From NCBI GenBank assembly GCA_034667685.1, contig JAXDQU010000093.1:1-10115 (forward strand): a stretch of 10,115 nucleotides of DNA. Direction: 5' to 3'. The notes under the pieces were generated by a model. It was not told the DNA's origin and ran no database searches. It saw only the letters and a program-made list of their open reading frames with translations. Source of the DNA: Thermoplasmata archaeon (lineage in GTDB: Archaea > Thermoplasmatota > SW-10-69-26 > JACQPN01 > JAJPHT01). The position numbers and the translations under genes were made by a program. Positions 7,232 through 10,115 of this stretch are shown piece by piece; the stretch's first letter is position 1, and every line of letters begins with the position of its first letter.

Positions 7232-7372
7232 CGCGGCGCGAAACGCGCGCTTCGCGCGCGGTCTCCGGCTCCGGCGCTTTCGCGCCGGGCCTGCGCGGCC
7301 GGACGCTTGTCCGGCCTATCCGCGCCCTTGCGCGGACGACACCGCGCCGCGCTAGCCGCGCCTCCGGCGCGG
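7229..7372. other. Multi-hairpin structured intergenic element (five-way junction plus one extra hairpin); candidate ncRNA or palindromic repeat element
   Basis: A 12-bp closing stem (7229-7240/7343-7354) encloses four perfect hairpins at 7244-7260, 7271-7288, 7297-7316 and 7319-7336. A fifth hairpin lies at 7356-7372. Confidence 0.7.
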
Positions 7373-7428
7373 ATCCTGAGAGGTCGTCGTCGAAAGCATC
7401 ATAGGCTGCGCTTCGCGATGCGGCGCAC

Positions 7429-8898
7429 GTGCGCGGCATCCCCACGCGCAAGCTGCTGCTCCTGGGAGGCGCGGCGCTTGCGGTCCTTCTGCTCGTCGGC
7501 GTGCCGAGCCTGGGCCAGAGCCTCCTCGACCCGCAGGGCGAGCTGGCCACGGCCGACTGCTACGGCCACCACAAGCAGGAAGGGTTCCGCAGCATGGACC
7601 TCTTCCCCAAGGTCCTCGACGAGGTCCCCAAGGGGCAGGCGTTCCCGGTCGAGCTGACGATCAAGAACCCGTGGCTCCACCAGTTGAAGGACGTCAGCGC
7701 CTACGTCAACATCAGCGACGCGCCCGGCCTGGAGTTCCCTGGCGCGAAGCCGCCCGTCGAGCTGAACAAGACCGGCGAGGCCGCCGGCGCGACGACGCAG
7801 GGCATGGCCTACGGCAAGACGGACTACAAGACGCAGGCGCTCACGGGCGCCACGGAGATCTACGCCTCCGTCGTGGGCGCGCCCACCACCGTGCCCGGCG
7901 GCATCCTCCAGCCCGGCCGCGTCGCGAACAACAGCGACTACCACATCGTGTTCACCGGGCCGGGCGGCGCGAAGGTCGAGGCCGACCCCAAGACGCCCGC
8001 CGCGTACGACATCAACAGCCAGGACCACCAGCGCATCGTCGCCGCGCACGTCAACACGAGCACGCTGCTCGCGGCGGGGCCCGGCGAGTGGACCGCGTCG
8101 GTCATGCACGGCAGCGCCGTGAGCACGACCTACGACCTCTACATGGCCACGTACTACAACGCGAGCCAGAACACCGAGCTGGTGATGAAGGGGCCCGCGC
8201 TCCTCGATCCGGGGCAGAGCTACACGTTCAAGTTCCAGGTCATCGCGAAGAACGTCGAGAGCCTCCAGCGCATGCGCTACGGCGGCCGCGCGGACGCGCA
8301 CCACGTGCACACCGACCGCGCGATCGGCGACGACGGCCTCTACGACAAGTGGGGCACGATGGAGCTCCACACCGGCGCCAAGCTCAGCTACGGCCAGGGC
8401 GGCGTCGACACGCAGGGCTCGGGCGGTGTCAGCGTCTTCGAGCCCGTGCTGCGCCGCTGGGGCCAGGTCCTCGGCTTCGCGGGCAGCTTCCTGATCATCC
8501 CGAGCCTCGTCTTCGGCGGCACGTTCGGCCGCGGCTCGGTCACGTGGATGAACAAGTGGTTCGGCGGCCCGCGCCGGCGCGTGCTGTTCCACAACAGCAT
8601 GAGCTTCTGGCTCCTGGGCGTCGCCAGCCTCCACATGTTCATCTACTTCTACGAGGCGTTCTGGGTCTGGAGCGCCGGCCTCGTCTGGGGCGGCCTCGCG
8701 CTGGCGGCGATGGTGGGCCTCGGAGTCACAGGCGCCACGCAGCGGCGCTTCGTCGCGCGCTGGGGCTTCAACCGCTGGCGCTACGTCCACTTCGCCATGG
8801 GTATCCTGGTGGTCGTCTTCACGCTGATCCACATGGTCGCCGACGGCTCGCACTTCGCCGCCATCCGCGCGATGTTCGGGGATACCGTGGCCAAGTGA
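7429..8898 (+). CDS. Membrane protein, 489 aa: N-terminal signal/anchor, extracellular beta-rich region, and C-terminal ferric reductase-like (MsrQ/YedZ-type) di-heme b transmembrane domain
   Basis: GTG start and hydrophobic N-terminus. Four C-terminal hydrophobic helices carry two H-x13-H pairs (FHNSMSFWLLGVASLH; VHFAMGILVVVFTLIH). RWRYVH resembles the MsrQ WxxLH motif. The soluble region has CYGHH and HHVH motifs. Confidence 0.8.
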   Translation: MRGIPTRKLLLLGGAALAVLLLVGVPSLGQSLLDPQGELATADCYGHHKQEGFRSMDLFPKVLDEVPKGQAFPVELTIKNPWLHQLKDVSAYVNISDAPGLEFPGAKPPVELNKTGEAAGATTQGMAYGKTDYKTQALTGATEIYASVVGAPTTVPGGILQPGRVANNSDYHIVFTGPGGAKVEADPKTPAAYDINSQDHQRIVAAHVNTSTLLAAGPGEWTASVMHGSAVSTTYDLYMATYYNASQNTELVMKGPALLDPGQSYTFKFQVIAKNVESLQRMRYGGRADAHHVHTDRAIGDDGLYDKWGTMELHTGAKLSYGQGGVDTQGSGGVSVFEPVLRRWGQVLGFAGSFLIIPSLVFGGTFGRGSVTWMNKWFGGPRRRVLFHNSMSFWLLGVASLHMFIYFYEAFWVWSAGLVWGGLALAAMVGLGVTGATQRRFVARWGFNRWRYVHFAMGILVVVFTLIHMVADGSHFAAIRAMFGDTVAK

Positions 8899-8924
8899 GC
8901 CCGCAGGCGAACTTGGTCGCGGGA

Positions 8925-8945
8925 GGCCGAATCGTTCGGCCGAAC
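8925..8945. terminator. Overlapping inverted repeats between convergent genes; possible terminator or processing signal
   Basis: GGCCGAA-tcg-TTCGGCC (8925-8941) overlaps the perfect palindrome GTTCGGCCGAAC (8934-8945) in the 60-bp gap between the stop codons. There is no U-tract. Confidence 0.3.
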
Positions 8946-8958
8946 CGTGGCGAAGTAG

Positions 8959-9339
8959 CTATCGCCACACGCGCGTGATGTGATAGCCTTCGCGCGGACC
9001 CTTCAGCCGCACGACGCCCGCCTCGAAGCTCTTCACGAACTTGAGCGGCGCGAGGCGCGGCGGCAGCCCGCTCTCGGGGTCCTCCTGGAACGCGAGCCAC
9101 TTGGGGTTCCCGAAGCGGTCGGCCTGGACGCCCACGACGACGCCGAGATCCTCCCCCGTGCCGGACAGCAATCGCGCGCCAGCAAGCGGCGTGCCCCGCG
9201 CGGGGACGAGGAGGCCCGCGCCGCCGCCCTCAGTTCCAGGCGGACGGGGCGGGCTCGGGCTCGGATCGAGGCTCGGGCTCAGGCTGGGGCTCGGAAGCGG
9301 GAGCGGTCTCGATCTCGTTGAGGTCGATTGGTCTGGCAT
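8959..9339 (-). CDS. Small PRC-barrel-like hypothetical protein; start uncertain (ATG 9339, GTG 9348 or TTG 9171)
   Basis: LAGARLLSGTGEDLGVVVGVQADRFGNPKWLAF resembles the PRC-barrel pattern L-x-G-x-x-V-x4-G-E-x-L-G-x-V-x-D. The 3' 210 nt have strongly GC3-biased codons. Confidence 0.55.
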   Translation of the reverse strand: MPDQSTSTRSRPLPLPSPSLSPSLDPSPSPPRPPGTEGGGAGLLVPARGTPLAGARLLSGTGEDLGVVVGVQADRFGNPKWLAFQEDPESGLPPRLAPLKFVKSFEAGVVRLKGPREGYHITRVWR

Positions 9340-9826
9340 GCGGCTCACCCATCACGGCGTCGAGGACCTGGCGGAACTCGGGGACGAGGTAGTATTCCTT
9401 GACGCCGCGCCGCTGGCTCGCGACGAGCGCCATCTCCTCCAGCTTGCCCATGTGCCACGCGACGGTGCTCTGCGAGAGCCCCGTCATCTGCACGAGGCCG
9501 GCCTGCGAGACGCCCGGGTGGCCCCGGACGAGCTCGACCATGCGACGCGTCGGCGCGTGCTCCAACGCCGAGAACATGCGCTTCTCGTGGTCCGTGAAGC
9601 GCCGGCGCTTCGGGAAGTAGTGGCGGCACCGCCCCTTCTTCACCGTCGTCACCATGTCGAAGCTCCGCAGGATGTTCAGATGGTACTTCAGCGTCGACGT
9701 GGGCACGCCCAGGTCGCGCCCCATCTTGCCCAGGTAGCTGCCCGGCGTCTGGACGAGGAGATCCATGATCCGCTCGCGCAGCGTGTTGTCCATGAGCTCG
9801 CCGCGCTCTAGCAGCTTGTGCGCCAA
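9230..9826 (-). CDS. Winged helix-turn-helix transcriptional regulator with two tandem HTH domains (COG3398-like)
   Basis: Two repeats, RERIMDLLVQTPG...STLKYHLNIL and RRMVELVRGHPG...STVAWHMGKL, are followed by a Glu/Pro-rich tail. The TTG start at 9826 lies 5 nt after GAGGTG; ATG at 9793 is an alternative start. Confidence 0.88.
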   Translation of the reverse strand: MAHKLLERGELMDNTLRERIMDLLVQTPGSYLGKMGRDLGVPTSTLKYHLNILRSFDMVTTVKKGRCRHYFPKRRRFTDHEKRMFSALEHAPTRRMVELVRGHPGVSQAGLVQMTGLSQSTVAWHMGKLEEMALVASQRRGVKEYYLVPEFRQVLDAVMGEPHARPIDLNEIETAPASEPQPEPEPRSEPEPAPSAWN

Positions 9827-9986
9827 TGCGCCACCTCGAGATGGACCATTGGCATGACGTTGGACGTCTATCGCCACATAACGGGAGTGGTACGCCAAGC
9901 GAAGGCGGGACGAATGATAGCAACCAGGGGGACGAGGGCTTGCCGGGCTGGCCCGCCGCTCACGACGATCTCGCCGACGCGCCAGC

Positions 9987-10086
9987 CGTGAAACGTGCGG
10001 CGTGCGGCGTGCAACGTGAACGTAGAACGTGAAACGTGCGCCGTGCAACGTGAACGTGGAACGTGAGTCGTGAACGAGAACGTGAA
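9987..10086. repeat. Degenerate short tandem repeat: 15 units of 6-7 nt, mostly with a CGTG core
   Basis: Units read cgtgaaa cgtgcgg cgtgcgg cgtgcaa cgtgaa cgtagaa cgtgaaa cgtgcgc cgtgcaa cgtgaa cgtggaa cgtgagt cgtgaa cgagaa cgtgaa. There is also a higher-order duplication, 10008-10032 vs 10042-10066 (24/25 identical). Confidence 0.9.
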
Positions 10087-10115
10087 CGACGCGGCACGCA
10101 CGTCTCAGCTAGATC

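Noticed and set aside
7229-7354. tRNA, SRP RNA or another known RNA
   Set aside because: It has four internal arms with 3-4-nt loops, no anticodon or T-loop consensus, and no SRP or RNase P signature that I can recognise.
7429-7515. Twin-arginine (Tat) signal peptide
   Set aside because: TRKLLL has RK rather than RR, and the protein is polytopic. A Sec signal or anchor is the simpler reading.
7558-7572. Canonical c-type heme attachment site
   Set aside because: The motif is CYGHH, not CxxCH, and it contains the only Cys in the protein.
9827-10048. N-terminal extension of the HTH ORF to 10048
   Set aside because: It runs through the tandem repeat and promoter-like sequence. The SD-preceded TTG at 9826 fits the family N-terminus better.
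9987-10086. Possible CRISPR array
   Set aside because: The units are 6-7 nt. The two 25-nt near-copies are separated by only 9 nt of the same repeat, there are no unique spacers, and no cas genes are present.

Overview
This is very GC-rich DNA (roughly 70% or more by eye) that most likely comes from an archaeon, probably Thermoplasmatota-like. That assignment is an inference from TATA-like promoters, a GAGGTG Shine-Dalgarno site, a PGF-CTERM-like sorting tail, abundant N-glycosylation sequons and a COG3398-like double-HTH regulator. A minus-strand cluster carries a small RHH-like protein, an unlisted 53-aa ORF, rpe, a CPBP (CAAX-II) intramembrane protease and a 1372-aa secreted multi-Ig-like surface protein with a PGPE-TM-RR tail. 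Divergent from it are a PadR regulator with an unusual 4-Cys C-terminal domain, a highly structured intergenic element (five-way junction plus one more hairpin), and a membrane protein joining a His/Cys-bearing extracellular region to a di-heme ferric-reductase-like domain. A PRC-barrel-like ORF and a double winged-HTH regulator converge from the right. The window begins with a perfect 30-bp inverted repeat and ends in a CGTG-core 6-7-nt tandem array. No rRNA, tRNA, CRISPR array or transposase is seen.
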